Source of the DNA: Eubacteriales bacterium | GTDB lineage: Bacteria > Bacillota > Clostridia > Oscillospirales > CAG-272 | Direction of reading: 5' to 3' | DNA length: 64,000 bases | Assembly (NCBI GenBank): GCA_045611685.1 | Contig: JAZKXO010000106.1 | Coordinates: forward strand, 92,493 to 156,492 | Shown: piece by piece, positions 1-9,756 of the stretch | Layout of the letters: each line of letters starts with the position of its first letter | How positions within the stretch are numbered: position 1 is the first letter of the stretch | Position numbers and translations under genes: made by a program | The notes under the pieces: generated by a model | Told to the model about the DNA's origin: nothing | What the model saw: the letters and a program-made list of their open reading frames with translations, nothing else | Database searches by the model: none

Positions 1-132
1 GAGTACTGTTTCCACTCACGCTTCAAGTATCAACCGAAAGGCGCGCTATATGACGGAAATGCCGCTTATTGAAACCCGACGTTACCATGGTTACAGGATT
101 CCGACACCTGTTGTTTCTTCGCTAAATTAGCA

Positions 133-168
133 AACATGCCGCGAATGACTCGCGGCATGTTCGTTTTT
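133..168. terminator. Intrinsic terminator hairpin between an upstream partial gene and pepD
   Basis: Perfect 12-bp stem AACATGCCGCGA (133-144) / TCGCGGCATGTT (150-161) with a 5-nt loop, followed by CGTTTTT on the + strand. A + strand frame open from the window edge stops at 128-130 just before it, and pepD (- strand) stops at 172 just after it, so it may serve both directions. Confidence 0.65.
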
Positions 169-171
169 GTA

Positions 172-1596
172 TTATTTCCCAAGCGCGCGAAGCATCTCCA
201 AAAGCAGGTCATATACACGGCCGGCAGACGAGACGGAAAGCCGTTCATCCGGTGTGTGAATATCGTACATATTGGGACCGATGGAGAGTATATCCATATC
301 GGGAATTGCTTCTTTTACAAGACCGCACTCAAGTCCTGCGTGAATACCGATGATTGAAGCATCCGTACCAAAAAGATTGCGGTAAGAGGTGAGATATACC
401 TCTTGAAGGCGTGAATCCTTGTTGAATGCCCAGCCGGGATAGCGAGACTTGTGCTCTGCATCAAATCCGGACTGTTTGGCAATCAAAGAAAGGAGAGCGG
501 AAACATCATCAAGTTCCGCTTCCACCGACGAGCGGGAAGAGGATATTGCTTCAATGCCGTCAGCACCGGCGTGAACGATCGCCATATTCGACGAGGTTTC
601 AACTAAGTCCTTAACGCTGTTGCTCATTGCGATCGGACCGTAGGGGAGAAGCCGGAGAAGTGAAATGAGCGCCTCTTTGTCCGCATGTGAAAGCACGTGA
701 TGTTCATCAGACGAGTGCTCGGTCGTTACAGTAAAGCCGTGGTCTGTCTCAGCGAGGATTTCTCTGATTTTCTTTTCCTCCGCGCGGATTGCCACTTCAG
801 CCGAATCGGGATCCGCACAAGTGAATGCAAAACTGCACTCGCGTGGAATGGCGTTGTCTTTATTGCCGCCCGACACAGAGACAATCTCCGTATCAGTTAC
901 GTTTGCCGCAGCGAGATAGAGGCGCGTGCAAAGTTTGAGTGCATTTTTACGCCCGCTGTTGATATCCTCGCCAGAATGACCGCCCGCAAGTCCGGTAACA
1001 GACAAAAGAATTTTGTTTTTATACGCCGGCGTAACAGTAGTGGGATTGCGGCGAAAATGTGTCGTCATGCCGCCCGCAGATGCCGCGGTCGCAACCGTTT
1101 CGTCGCAGGAGTCAAGGTTAATCATTGCGCGCGCTGTTAAAAGAGATTTGTCGAATGACTGCATACCATCAAGGCCTGTTTCTTCCGCGGTAGTAAATAG
1201 ACATTCGAGCGGCGGGTGCACGACTTTTGTATCGGAAAGAAGCGAGAGCATAACAGCTACTGCATATCCGTTGTCAGCGCCGAGCGTCGTTCCGTCTGCG
1301 CGGAGAAAATCACCGTCTTGGATGATTTTGATGCCTTCCTTTAGAAAATCATGGACAGTACCGTTGTTTTTTTCGCAAACCATATCCGTGTGCCCCTGAA
1401 GAAGCACGGGCGATGCATCCCGGGCAGTACCGTTGGCACTTTTTCTTATGAGAACGTTGTTGGCTTCATCGCGAACGGCGGACAAACCGTGTGCCTTCGC
1501 AAACTCCATAAGATAGTCCGCAATTTTATCTTCTTTACCGGACGGGCGGGGAATGGCACTGATTTCATAAAAGTATTTCCTTATCGAATCGTTCAT
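172..1596 (-). CDS. pepD: Aminoacyl-histidine (Xaa-His) dipeptidase, peptidase family M20
   Basis: Track ORF 172..1698 trimmed to the ATG at 1596, which is preceded by GGAGG. The N-terminus MNDSIRKYFYEISAIPRPSGKE and the motifs GHTDMV, GADNGYAVA and TAEETGLDG are typical of PepD-type M20 dipeptidases. Confidence 0.85.
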   Translation of the reverse strand: MNDSIRKYFYEISAIPRPSGKEDKIADYLMEFAKAHGLSAVRDEANNVLIRKSANGTARDASPVLLQGHTDMVCEKNNGTVHDFLKEGIKIIQDGDFLRADGTTLGADNGYAVAVMLSLLSDTKVVHPPLECLFTTAEETGLDGMQSFDKSLLTARAMINLDSCDETVATAASAGGMTTHFRRNPTTVTPAYKNKILLSVTGLAGGHSGEDINSGRKNALKLCTRLYLAAANVTDTEIVSVSGGNKDNAIPRECSFAFTCADPDSAEVAIRAEEKKIREILAETDHGFTVTTEHSSDEHHVLSHADKEALISLLRLLPYGPIAMSNSVKDLVETSSNMAIVHAGADGIEAISSSRSSVEAELDDVSALLSLIAKQSGFDAEHKSRYPGWAFNKDSRLQEVYLTSYRNLFGTDASIIGIHAGLECGLVKEAIPDMDILSIGPNMYDIHTPDERLSVSSAGRVYDLLLEMLRALGK

Positions 1597-1751
1597 AACT
1601 GACCTCCGTGTTTCTTCTATTATCCTACCATGAAAACGCAAAATTTGCAAGGTGGAGATAAAAAAGAAAAATGAAAAAATTTCTTTAAACCGTTTCATTT
1701 CTCAGTGATGTGTGGTATAATATCTTGAGTAGCCGAGATGGGAGGACGTAT

Positions 1752-2513
1752 ATGAGCTCAGTCGTCAATAAAATAACGGATATTTTGCGCGTTTTCTCAC
1801 CGAAGGAGCAGAGGCGATATTTTACGTCAGCCATTATCCTAGCCGCCGGAAGCGGCGAACGCTTCGGCAATGAAAACGGGCGCAAACAATTTTACGATAT
1901 CGCAGGTGTGCCGGCCGTGGTGCGCTCTCTTCGCACGTTTGAGGCGTCCGAGTACATTCATGAAATCATTTTAGTGACGGGCAAAGATGACGTTGAGCGG
2001 TGCGAAGAATACAAAAAGGAATACTCTCTCACGAAGATTTCAAAAATTCTTCCCGGCGGTGCAGACAGACAAGCCTCCGTCAAGATTGGATTTGATGCAA
2101 TCAGCCCCAACGCCAGATTCGTCGCCATCCACGATGGCGTCAGGTGCCTTGTCACCGAAGATATTATCAAAAACACCGTGCGTGCCGCGTACGAGCACGG
2201 AGCGGCTGTGGCCGCCGAGAAATGCCGCGACACGGTTAAACGTGCATCAGTAGCAGGAGTTGTCGAGGAATCACCCGATCGCAGCGCGATCTGGCTCGCA
2301 AAGACACCGCAGATTTTCCTCTCCGATATGTACCGCGCTGCCGTTTATACAGCGGAAAAAGATCACGTACGTGCAACGGACGACAGTATGCTGGTTGAAC
2401 GGATAGGCTTCAAAGTGCACGTGGTAGATTGCGGAAGCGAAAATATAAAGATTACAGTACCAATCGACGTGCAGATCGCCGAAGCTATCCTGAAAGCACG
2501 AGGTGAAGAGTAA
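1752..2513 (+). CDS. ispD: 2-C-methyl-D-erythritol 4-phosphate cytidylyltransferase
   Basis: ATG at 1752 follows GGGAGG. Has the AIILAAGSGERFG nucleotide-binding loop and IspD-like length, and sits directly upstream of ispF. Confidence 0.88.
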   Translation: MSSVVNKITDILRVFSPKEQRRYFTSAIILAAGSGERFGNENGRKQFYDIAGVPAVVRSLRTFEASEYIHEIILVTGKDDVERCEEYKKEYSLTKISKILPGGADRQASVKIGFDAISPNARFVAIHDGVRCLVTEDIIKNTVRAAYEHGAAVAAEKCRDTVKRASVAGVVEESPDRSAIWLAKTPQIFLSDMYRAAVYTAEKDHVRATDDSMLVERIGFKVHVVDCGSENIKITVPIDVQIAEAILKARGEE

Positions 2514-2514
2514 A

Positions 2515-2985
2515 ATGCGTATCGGACACGGGTATGATGCACACCGTTTAGGCGGCGATCGTCCGTTTGTGATCGGCGGCGTCAAAATTCCATATGATCG
2601 CGGCATCTTCGCACACTCGGACGGCGATACGCTTGCCCATGCCATCATTGATGCGCTCTTTGGGGCAGCGGGTATGCGTGACATAGGCGCACAGTATCCT
2701 GACAGCGCGGCGGCATACGATAACGCTGATAGTATGGGGCTTCTTCGCGATGCTGTCTTGAAAATCAACAAAGACGGCTTTGCGCTTGAATATCTTGATT
2801 GTACGGTTATCGCTCAGGCCCCGAAGATGGGACCGCACATTACCGCCATACGGGAGAATATCGCACGCGCTTGCGGCGTAGAGGTTTCGAGAGTGAACGT
2901 AAAGGCCACGACGGAAGAAAAGATGGGCTTTACAGGAAGCGGGGAGGGCATCGCCGCTCACGCCGTCTGTCTTTTGAATGAATGA
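2515..2985 (+). CDS. ispF: 2-C-methyl-D-erythritol 2,4-cyclodiphosphate synthase
   Basis: N-terminus MRIGHGYDAHRL, plus HSDGD and ATTTEKMGFTG-like motifs, about 156 aa. Start taken at ATG 2515, one nt after the ispD stop. Confidence 0.9.
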   Translation: MRIGHGYDAHRLGGDRPFVIGGVKIPYDRGIFAHSDGDTLAHAIIDALFGAAGMRDIGAQYPDSAAAYDNADSMGLLRDAVLKINKDGFALEYLDCTVIAQAPKMGPHITAIRENIARACGVEVSRVNVKATTEEKMGFTGSGEGIAAHAVCLLNE

Positions 2986-3258
2986 CAGAAAGACAGGATG
3001 CCCTGAAAGAGCATCCTGTTATACAAATCAGCGGAGAGGGCGGCTTTTTCTATTATATTCCGTTTGCATGCACATCCTGACCGCCCCTCGCGCCTCGTGT
3101 TTTCGATGGGATCCCATATTATCTTATGAGCCTCACCGATAAATTGACACGAAAGCTCGGACAACCTTGCACAGACGGTTATTTTGAAACATTTATATTT
3201 TTCAAATCTGTCCCTCTGATTGGAGGGTATTGAATACATAAAAGGAGTTTTGTTTAAC

Positions 3259-3954
3259 ATGGAGAACACGAAAATTTTGACTTCCCCCTCTATCCTTGCA
3301 TGCGATTTTCTGCATCTTGAGGATGAGATCCGCCGCGCCGTAGCATCCGGTGCAGATCTTCTGCACGCCGATGTAATGGACGGTATGTTCGTTCCAAACA
3401 TGAGCTTTGGATTTGACGTGATCCGTCTCATCCACGGCATCACAGACGTGCCGCTGGACGTACATATGATGACCTCAGCACCCCAGAAATACATTGAGGT
3501 TCTCCGAGACAGCGGAGCCGCGATCGTTACTATTCACAACGATATCGGACTCTCTGATGAAGAACTGATCGAAGCGCTCAAAAAGATCCGCGAATGTGGC
3601 ATGAAGCCCGCAATTTCCCTTCGCCCGAAGATTCCCGCAGAGAGCGTTTTCCCGCTTCTCCCGTACGTGGATATGGTTCTCGTTATGACTGTCGAACCCG
3701 GCTTCGGCGGACAGAAATTTATGGCAGATATGCTTCCGAAGATCGCCGCAATCCGCAAGGAAATCGACCGTCAGGGAAGAGATATTGATATCCAGGTGGA
3801 TGGCGGCATTAATGAGGAGAATGCGGCACGTACCGCTGCCGCCGGCGCCAACGTATTCGTAGTCGGCACCGCTTCCTTCCGTGCACCCGACATGAAGGCA
3901 GCTCTCGACGGCGTAAAAGCGGCTGCCGAGGCATCCTTTGGCAAAGACCTCTGA
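3259..3954 (+). CDS. rpe: Ribulose-phosphate 3-epimerase
   Basis: ATG at 3259 follows AAAGGAG. Motifs SPSILACDF, HADVMDGMFVPN, MTVEPGFGGQKF and VDGGIN. Confidence 0.92.
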   Translation: MENTKILTSPSILACDFLHLEDEIRRAVASGADLLHADVMDGMFVPNMSFGFDVIRLIHGITDVPLDVHMMTSAPQKYIEVLRDSGAAIVTIHNDIGLSDEELIEALKKIRECGMKPAISLRPKIPAESVFPLLPYVDMVLVMTVEPGFGGQKFMADMLPKIAAIRKEIDRQGRDIDIQVDGGINEENAARTAAAGANVFVVGTASFRAPDMKAALDGVKAAAEASFGKDL

Positions 3955-3972
3955 TTCACTGACGCTTTCTTC

Positions 3973-4016
3973 AAAGCCCGCGTGTTTTCCGGCGCGGGCT
4001 TTATCTTTATATTTTG
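3973..4016 (+). terminator. Intrinsic terminator after rpe
   Basis: Stem AAAGCCCGCG (3973-3982) / CGCGGGCTTT (3993-4002) followed by a T-rich tract TTATCTTTATATTTT. Confidence 0.7.
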
Positions 4017-4047
4017 AATAAAATATGAAAAAATCTCTCCGTAACGG

Positions 4048-4076
4048 TTGCAATCAAAGAAAAAAAGTGGTATACT
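4048..4076 (+). promoter_or_regulatory. Sigma-A type promoter for the DUF1846 gene
   Basis: TTGCAA (4048-4053), 17-nt spacer, TATACT (4071-4076), with TG at -15/-14 (extended -10). Confidence 0.55.
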
Positions 4077-4105
4077 AAAACGTGGTCGCATAAATTTTAT
4101 GATGT

Positions 4106-4132
4106 ACACCGCTTGCGGTGTTTTTCTTTTTT
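4106..4132 (+). terminator. Terminator-shaped hairpin inside the DUF1846 leader (possible attenuator)
   Basis: ACACCGC (4106-4112) TT GCGGTGT (4115-4121) runs into TTTTTCTTTTTT (4121-4132). It lies about 30 nt after the -10 box and about 50 nt before the start codon. Confidence 0.5.
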
Positions 4133-4184
4133 GCGGCTGAAACGTTGAACAACACAAAAATACAGTTATGCGGCGGTGTGTAAA

Positions 4185-5669
4185 ATGCTGAAAATCGGAT
4201 TTGACAATGATAAATATCTGAAACTGCAGTCCCAATGTATAAGAGATAGAATCAGTTCTTTCGGCGAGAAGTTGTATCTTGAATTTGGTGGAAAGCTCTT
4301 TGACGATTACCACGCATCCCGCGTGCTTCCCGGATTTGCACCGGACAGTAAGATCCGTATGCTCATGGAGCTTAAGGATCAAGCAGAGATCGTGATCGTA
4401 ATCAGCGCCGACGACATTGAGAAGAATAAACGGCGCGGGGATATCGGTATCACGTACGATTTGGACGTTCTGCGCCTTATTGACGCTTTCCGCGGCATTG
4501 GACTTTACGTTGGAAGCGTCGTTATCACCCACTACCGCTCTCAGCACACAGCGCTCGCGTTTGAAAAACGCCTGAACGCTCTGGGCGTAAAAACATACCG
4601 TCACTATCCCATTCCCGAATATCCGTCCAACATTCCGCTTATCGTAAGTGAGGACGGCTTCGGTAAAAATGATTACATCGAAACCACTCGCTCTCTCATC
4701 GTTCTTACAGCACCCGGCCCCGGAAGCGGCAAGATGGCAACCTGCCTCTCGCAGCTCTACCATGAGAACAAGCGAGGTGTCCGCTGCGGCTATGCAAAGT
4801 TTGAAACGTTTCCGATCTGGAATCTCCCTTTGAAGCATCCCGTCAACGTCGCGTACGAAGCGGCAACGGCAGATCTCAACGACATGAATATGATCGATCC
4901 GTTCCACCTCGAGGCGTACGGCGAGACGGCGGTTAACTACAACCGTGATATTGAGATTTTCCCCGTATTAAACGCGATCTTCACAAAAATCTACAATGAA
5001 TCCCCCTATAAGAGTCCCACGGATATGGGTGTAAACATGGCAGGATACTGCATCACCGATGAGGAGGCTGTCTGTGCGGCATCCAAGCAGGAAATCCTCC
5101 GCCGCTATTTTGCAACCTGCTGTACCGTGAGAAAGGGAAATGCCGACCCCAAAGAGATTTACTCTCAGGAACTTCTCATGAACTCCCTCGGCGTTACCGT
5201 AGCAGACAGACCGGTTGTTGCCGCATCTCTCGCGGTCTCAGAAAAAACGGCACAGCCTGCCGCTGCCATTGAACTACCGGACGGAACGATCGTTACAGGA
5301 AAGACCTCGTCGCTTCTTGGCGCATCCTCGGCAGTGCTTCTTAATGCGCTAAAAGTTCTCGCAGGCATTGATGACAGCGTTCACCTTATCTCCCCCAGCG
5401 TTATTGAGCCCATTTCCGCACTCAAAGTAAAGCATATGGGCAACCACAACCCCCGTCTTCACATGGATGAGGTTTTGATCGCACTTGCTATTTCCGCAAC
5501 GGCTGACCCGAACGCGAGAAAGGCTATGGATGCCCTGGCGTCTCTCAAACACTGTGAAGCGCATTCCACGGTTATTCTTTCTCATGTGGACGAAAACGTA
5601 TTCAACAAGCTCGGTATGAACCTTACCTCGGAAGCGAAATACCAAACAAAGAAGCTGTACCATCAGTAA
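4185..5669 (+). CDS. DUF1846 / UPF0371 family protein (function unknown)
   Basis: 494-aa ORF. The N-terminus [23 protein letters not shown]...[22 protein letters not shown] resembles the UPF0371/DUF1846 family of Firmicutes (recognised from memory). Start set at ATG 4185; a GTG at 4176 is an alternative. Confidence 0.75.
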   Translation: MLKIGFDNDKYLKLQSQCIRDRISSFGEKLYLEFGGKLFDDYHASRVLPGFAPDSKIRMLMELKDQAEIVIVISADDIEKNKRRGDIGITYDLDVLRLIDAFRGIGLYVGSVVITHYRSQHTALAFEKRLNALGVKTYRHYPIPEYPSNIPLIVSEDGFGKNDYIETTRSLIVLTAPGPGSGKMATCLSQLYHENKRGVRCGYAKFETFPIWNLPLKHPVNVAYEAATADLNDMNMIDPFHLEAYGETAVNYNRDIEIFPVLNAIFTKIYNESPYKSPTDMGVNMAGYCITDEEAVCAASKQEILRRYFATCCTVRKGNADPKEIYSQELLMNSLGVTVADRPVVAASLAVSEKTAQPAAAIELPDGTIVTGKTSSLLGASSAVLLNALKVLAGIDDSVHLISPSVIEPISALKVKHMGNHNPRLHMDEVLIALAISATADPNARKAMDALASLKHCEAHSTVILSHVDENVFNKLGMNLTSEAKYQTKKLYHQ

Positions 5670-5697
5670 AGGAGTCGCGGCATGCCGCGTATCAGAT

Positions 5698-6702
5698 ATG
5701 TCTGAACTGTTTATTCCGGAAGGATATAAGTCCATTTTAAACCTCCGCCAGACCGAGGTCGCCATCAAAAAAATCAAGGATTTTTTTGAGCACGATCTTG
5801 CTATCGAACTGAATCTCACCCGTGTGTCCGCACCGCTTTTCGTTGATTCCGAGAGCGGCCTGAACGATAACCTGAACGGCGTGGAGCGCCCTGTCCGTTT
5901 TGATGTAAAAAGCGGGGAAGTGATCGAGATCGTTCATTCGCTGGCAAAGTGGAAGCGCATGGCGCTCAAGGAGTACGGCTTCACAAACGGTGAAGGTCTC
6001 TACACGGACATGAACGCCATTCGACGCGATGAAGATCCCGATGCGATCCATTCTATGTTCGTTGACCAGTGGGACTGGGAGAAAGTGATTTCTCATGAGG
6101 ATCGCACTCTGAAAACGCTTCAGAGAACGGTGAAGTGCATCTATAACGTACTGCGTCACACAGAAACGTACATTACCGAAGAGTACGATTTTATCGGCAA
6201 GCAGCTTCCGGAGGAGATATTCTTTATTACCTCTCAGGAACTGGAGGATATGTATCCCGAACTCAGCGCCAAAGAGCGTGAATACCGCATCACTAAAGAC
6301 AAGGGTGCAGTATTCCTTATGCAGATCGGCGGCAAGCTCACGTCCGGTAAGCCGCACGATGGCCGCGCACCCGACTATGACGACTGGGCGCTGAACGGCG
6401 ATATCCTCGTCTATTATCCTGTCCTTGATATTGCGCTTGAACTTTCCTCTATGGGTATCCGCGTGGATGAAGAGTCGCTCAAACGCCAGCTGGAGCTTGC
6501 CGGCTGTTCCGAGCGCGCGTCTCTGCCTTTTCACCGTGCACTTTTGCATGGCGAACTTCCGTATACGATCGGCGGCGGTATCGGTCAGTCCCGTATGTGT
6601 ATGTTTTTTCTCCGGAAAGCACACATCGGCGAGGTGCAGTCCTCGTTTTGGCCTTCCGATATGGTCAAAAACTGCGCGGAGCGCGGCGTAAACCTTCTGT
6701 AA
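5698..6702 (+). CDS. asnA: Aspartate--ammonia ligase (asparagine synthetase A)
   Basis: 334 aa. AsnA-like N-terminus ([19 protein letters not shown]...LTRVSAPLF) and class II aaRS-like core with a C-terminal GGGIGQSR motif. Confidence 0.9.
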   Translation: MSELFIPEGYKSILNLRQTEVAIKKIKDFFEHDLAIELNLTRVSAPLFVDSESGLNDNLNGVERPVRFDVKSGEVIEIVHSLAKWKRMALKEYGFTNGEGLYTDMNAIRRDEDPDAIHSMFVDQWDWEKVISHEDRTLKTLQRTVKCIYNVLRHTETYITEEYDFIGKQLPEEIFFITSQELEDMYPELSAKEREYRITKDKGAVFLMQIGGKLTSGKPHDGRAPDYDDWALNGDILVYYPVLDIALELSSMGIRVDEESLKRQLELAGCSERASLPFHRALLHGELPYTIGGGIGQSRMCMFFLRKAHIGEVQSSFWPSDMVKNCAERGVNLL

Positions 6703-6742
6703 TCTTACAGTTATCCGCATCATAGCAAAAGGAGGAGTTACG

Positions 6743-7684
6743 ATGGCATACGTTTCTTTCCCCGGCCTCGGGATTGAGCCGTTTTACATGGAGCGCGTCG
6801 CGTTTTCCATTGGAAAAATCGATGTAAACTGGTACGGTATTATTATCACGTGCGGCATGATCCTGGCAGTTCTGTATGCACTTTGGCATGCAAAGATTGA
6901 AGGCGTGAAATCCGATGACGTGATTGACTTGGCCCTTGCCGGCATCATTTCCGGTATTATCGGTGCACGCCTCTACTACGTTGCCATGGAGTGGCAGGAC
7001 TATCTCGTTACGGGTAAAGGCTTTTTCAGAAGCGTATGGGAGACCTTTCTTGGAATCATTAACATCCCCGGCGGCGGTCTCGCCATTTACGGCGGCATTA
7101 TCGGCGGTTTTTTTGCCTGCCTCGTCGTCGCAAAAATAAAACACATCCATTTTCCTGTTATAGCTGACATTGCCGGTCCGGCGGTATTCGTCGGACAGAT
7201 TCTCGGCCGATGGGGCAACTTTGTGAACGTTGAGGCGTTCGGCGGTCCGACAGAATTGCCGTGGCGCATGTGTTCTGAGGTTGTTGCTCGCGATTTCCTC
7301 AAAAAGGGCCTTGTCGATTTTAGCGGCTATCAAGCGGTATTGGGTGGGACCCTGGGCGCACATCCTACGTTTTTGTATGAATCCCTGTGGAATCTTATCG
7401 GACTCATTCTCATCACCGTTCTGTATAAGAAGAAAAAGTTTGGCGGTCAGATGTTCCTTTTGTATATAACGTGGTATGGCTTTGGCCGTATGCTTATTGA
7501 ATCCCTCCGCACGGACAGTTTGGCAGTAGGTGATATACGCATATCGCAATTGGTTGCCTTGGCGACCTTTGTTCTTGGCACCGTGCTTCTTGTCCTTGGC
7601 TCTCGAAAGGCCACAAAACAAAAGAAAATCGAAGTAAACCTGGAGAACACAAACGAGGAGAACACAAATGGCACGCTTAATTGA
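6743..7684 (+). CDS. lgt: Prolipoprotein diacylglyceryl transferase
   Basis: Polytopic membrane protein with the GRWGNFVNVEAFG signature and HPTFLYESLWN motif. The 3' end overlaps folD by 17 nt. Confidence 0.9.
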   Translation: MAYVSFPGLGIEPFYMERVAFSIGKIDVNWYGIIITCGMILAVLYALWHAKIEGVKSDDVIDLALAGIISGIIGARLYYVAMEWQDYLVTGKGFFRSVWETFLGIINIPGGGLAIYGGIIGGFFACLVVAKIKHIHFPVIADIAGPAVFVGQILGRWGNFVNVEAFGGPTELPWRMCSEVVARDFLKKGLVDFSGYQAVLGGTLGAHPTFLYESLWNLIGLILITVLYKKKKFGGQMFLLYITWYGFGRMLIESLRTDSLAVGDIRISQLVALATFVLGTVLLVLGSRKATKQKKIEVNLENTNEENTNGTLN

Positions 7685-8531
7685 TGGAAAGAGAATTGCC
7701 GCCGAAGTTCGCGCTGAAATCGCTGCCGAGACGGCGGCGTTCAAGGATAAACACGGCTTTGCCCCCGGCCTTACGGTCATTATTGTTGGTGAGGATCCCG
7801 CCTCCCAGGTATACGTTCGTAACAAAAAACGTGCCTGCGAGGAGGTTGGATTCAACTCCCGCGTTATCGAGATGCCCGAAAGCACAACGGAAGATGAGCT
7901 TCTCGCACAAATAGATGCACTGGTGAAGGATGATGCCGTGCACGGCATTCTCGTACAGCTGCCCGTGCCGAAGCACATATCGGAAGAAGCTGTATTGCGC
8001 GCAATTCCGCCGCACAAAGACGTAGATGCTTTCCACGCAGAGAACGTCGGCCGCATTATGACCGGCAACTTTGATTACCTCCCGTGCACGCCCGCAGGCG
8101 TGATGGAGCTTCTCCGTCACGAGAACATTGATCCGGCAGGGAAGGAATGCGTCGTGGTTGGCCGCAGCAACATCGTTGGTAAACCGATGGCAATGCTTCT
8201 GCTCCACGCAAACGGAACGGTTACCGTTACGCACTCGAGAACAAAGGAGCTTTCAGAGGTCACCCGCCGTGCTGATATTCTCGTTGTAGCAATCGGCAAA
8301 CCTGAGTTTATCACCGGTGATATGATCAAACAAGGTGCCGTCGTTATCGACGTTGGTATGAACCGCAAGGCAGATGGTAAGCTGTGCGGTGATGTTGATT
8401 TCACCACCGCAGAGTCAAAAGCGTCCGCAATCACGCCTGTTCCCGGCGGAGTCGGGCCCATGACGATCACGATGCTTCTCCGCAACACACTCACGGCGGC
8501 TGAAACGTACGCTCGCAGAACGGGTAAATAA
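7668..8531 (+). CDS. folD: Bifunctional methylenetetrahydrofolate dehydrogenase / methenyltetrahydrofolate cyclohydrolase
   Basis: N-terminus MARLIDGKRIAAEVRAEI; motifs YVRNKKRACEEVG, VQLPVP, GRSNIVGKPMAMLL and PGGVGPMT. Confidence 0.93.
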   Translation: MARLIDGKRIAAEVRAEIAAETAAFKDKHGFAPGLTVIIVGEDPASQVYVRNKKRACEEVGFNSRVIEMPESTTEDELLAQIDALVKDDAVHGILVQLPVPKHISEEAVLRAIPPHKDVDAFHAENVGRIMTGNFDYLPCTPAGVMELLRHENIDPAGKECVVVGRSNIVGKPMAMLLLHANGTVTVTHSRTKELSEVTRRADILVVAIGKPEFITGDMIKQGAVVIDVGMNRKADGKLCGDVDFTTAESKASAITPVPGGVGPMTITMLLRNTLTAAETYARRTGK

Positions 8532-8569
8532 AAAGGCTCTGCTACTATAGGAAAATATTAAGAAAAGTA

Positions 8570-8598
8570 TTGACAGGCAAGCTTTTCTGTGATACAAT
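8570..8598 (+). promoter_or_regulatory. Consensus sigma-A promoter of the rplU-prp-rpmA operon
   Basis: TTGACA (8570-8575), 17-nt spacer, TACAAT (8593-8598), preceded by TGA (extended -10). Confidence 0.7.
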
Positions 8599-8679
8599 GT
8601 ATCCTGCCGCATAATGCGGGCCTAATGCAGAAATGCAGCCCGCGATTAGCGAGTCATATATGAAAGAGAGGTGCTTTCC
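8599..8679 (+). promoter_or_regulatory. Possible ribosomal protein L21 leader (structured 5' UTR of rplU)
   Basis: About 80-nt leader between promoter and rplU with short, partly mutually exclusive hairpins: CCGCA-TAA-TGCGG at 8607-8619, and GGGC...GCCC at 8618-8641 enclosing TGCA-GAAA-TGCA. An L21-leader RNA is known upstream of rplU in Firmicutes, but I could not test the fit to that model. Confidence 0.35.
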
Positions 8680-8991
8680 ATGTTTGCAGTTATCGAAACT
8701 GGCGGAAAGCAGTACAAGGTTAACGAAGGCGATATCATCTTCGTTGAGAAACTGGAAGTAGAAGCAGGCGCTAAGGTTGAGTTCGACCGCGTTCTCGCTC
8801 TCTCTACTGCAGACGGTTTCAAAGTTGGCAACCCTGTTGTTGACGGTGCAAAGGTTACGGCAAATGTCGTAAAGAACGGCAAGGCTAAGAAGGTTGTTGT
8901 TATGACCTATAAGCCGAAGAAAAACGAAAAGAAGAAAAACGGTCACAGACAGCCGTACACCAAACTTCAGATCGAAAAGATCGAAGGCTGA
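8680..8991 (+). CDS. rplU: 50S ribosomal protein L21
   Basis: [15 protein letters not shown]-terminus, 103 aa. ATG 8680 follows AAAGAGAGG. Confidence 0.95.
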   Translation: MFAVIETGGKQYKVNEGDIIFVEKLEVEAGAKVEFDRVLALSTADGFKVGNPVVDGAKVTANVVKNGKAKKVVVMTYKPKKNEKKKNGHRQPYTKLQIEKIEG

Positions 8992-9048
8992 TTGTCTCTT
9001 TGATAAAACGTATCTCGGATACGGATACATGAAGGCAGGATGCACAGC

Positions 9049-9399
9049 ATGACTAAAGTTATATTTTATCGTCGGGACGGCGTATTTTACGGCTTTCGCG
9101 AAGAAGGACACACGGGATACGGTGAAAGCGGGGAAGATATTCTCTGCGCATCCATTTCCGCTATGACGATGCTTCTTCTCAATACGATCGAAGTAGCGTA
9201 CGCTTCCGATATCTCTTACAACATCAGTGAGGATGACACCGTAATCGAGGTAAAGGCGATGGACGCCTTGCCGGAGATCGGTGCAGACGAGAAAAAACAG
9301 TATGCGATCGCAGGCCTGTTCATGGGGTACTACTACCAGCTCAATGACTTGCTCGAAGAGTATTACGAGTACCTTGATGTTGAAATCAAAGACGATTGA
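9049..9399 (+). CDS. prp: Ribosomal-processing cysteine protease Prp (YsxB family)
   Basis: Lies between rplU and rpmA as in other Firmicutes. The [20 protein letters not shown] motif contains the His/Cys dyad. Confidence 0.85.
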   Translation: MTKVIFYRRDGVFYGFREEGHTGYGESGEDILCASISAMTMLLLNTIEVAYASDISYNISEDDTVIEVKAMDALPEIGADEKKQYAIAGLFMGYYYQLNDLLEEYYEYLDVEIKDD

Positions 9400-9428
9400 T
9401 CAAACAAATAATAACGGAGGATATCACA

Positions 9429-9707
9429 ATGATTCGCATTAGTTTACAGTTTTTTGCTCACAAAAAAGGTGTAGGTTCTACGAAGAACGGACGCGACAGT
9501 GAGTCCAAACGCCTTGGTGTAAAGAAGGCTGACGGACAGGCTGTTATCGCCGGCAATATCATTATTCGCCAGAGAGGCACCCACATTCATCCCGGTAACA
9601 ACGTTGGCCGTGGCACCGACGACACTCTGTTTGCTCTTATCGACGGCAAAGTTAAATTCGAACACATTGCAAACGGCAGACGTCAGGTTAGCGTATACGC
9701 TGAATAA
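9429..9707 (+). CDS. rpmA: 50S ribosomal protein L27 (with N-terminal propeptide)
   Basis: ATG 9429 follows [32 protein letters not shown] is the Firmicute propeptide plus mature N-terminus cleaved by Prp. Confidence 0.95.
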   Translation: MIRISLQFFAHKKGVGSTKNGRDSESKRLGVKKADGQAVIAGNIIIRQRGTHIHPGNNVGRGTDDTLFALIDGKVKFEHIANGRRQVSVYAE

Positions 9708-9723
9708 GATCTGTTTATAAAAA

Positions 9724-9756
9724 GAAGGCACGAGATGATCTCGTGCCTTCTTTTTT
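9724..9756 (+). terminator. Intrinsic terminator after rpmA
   Basis: Perfect 12-bp stem GAAGGCACGAGA (9724-9735) / TCTCGTGCCTTC (9739-9750), 3-nt loop, then TTTTTT (9751-9756). Confidence 0.85.

Noticed and set aside
1-130. Possible 3' end of a + strand gene entering from the left edge
   Set aside because: A frame open from position 2 stops at 128-130 right before the terminator, which is suggestive. With only about 42 codons and no recognisable motif, I cannot name or confidently call it.
3771-8068. Three long - strand ORFs (3771..4907, 5737..6723, 6665..8068)
   Set aside because: Each lies antisense to well-supported + strand genes (rpe/DUF1846, asnA, lgt/folD) and crosses gene boundaries. 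None shows motifs or ribosome-binding sites.
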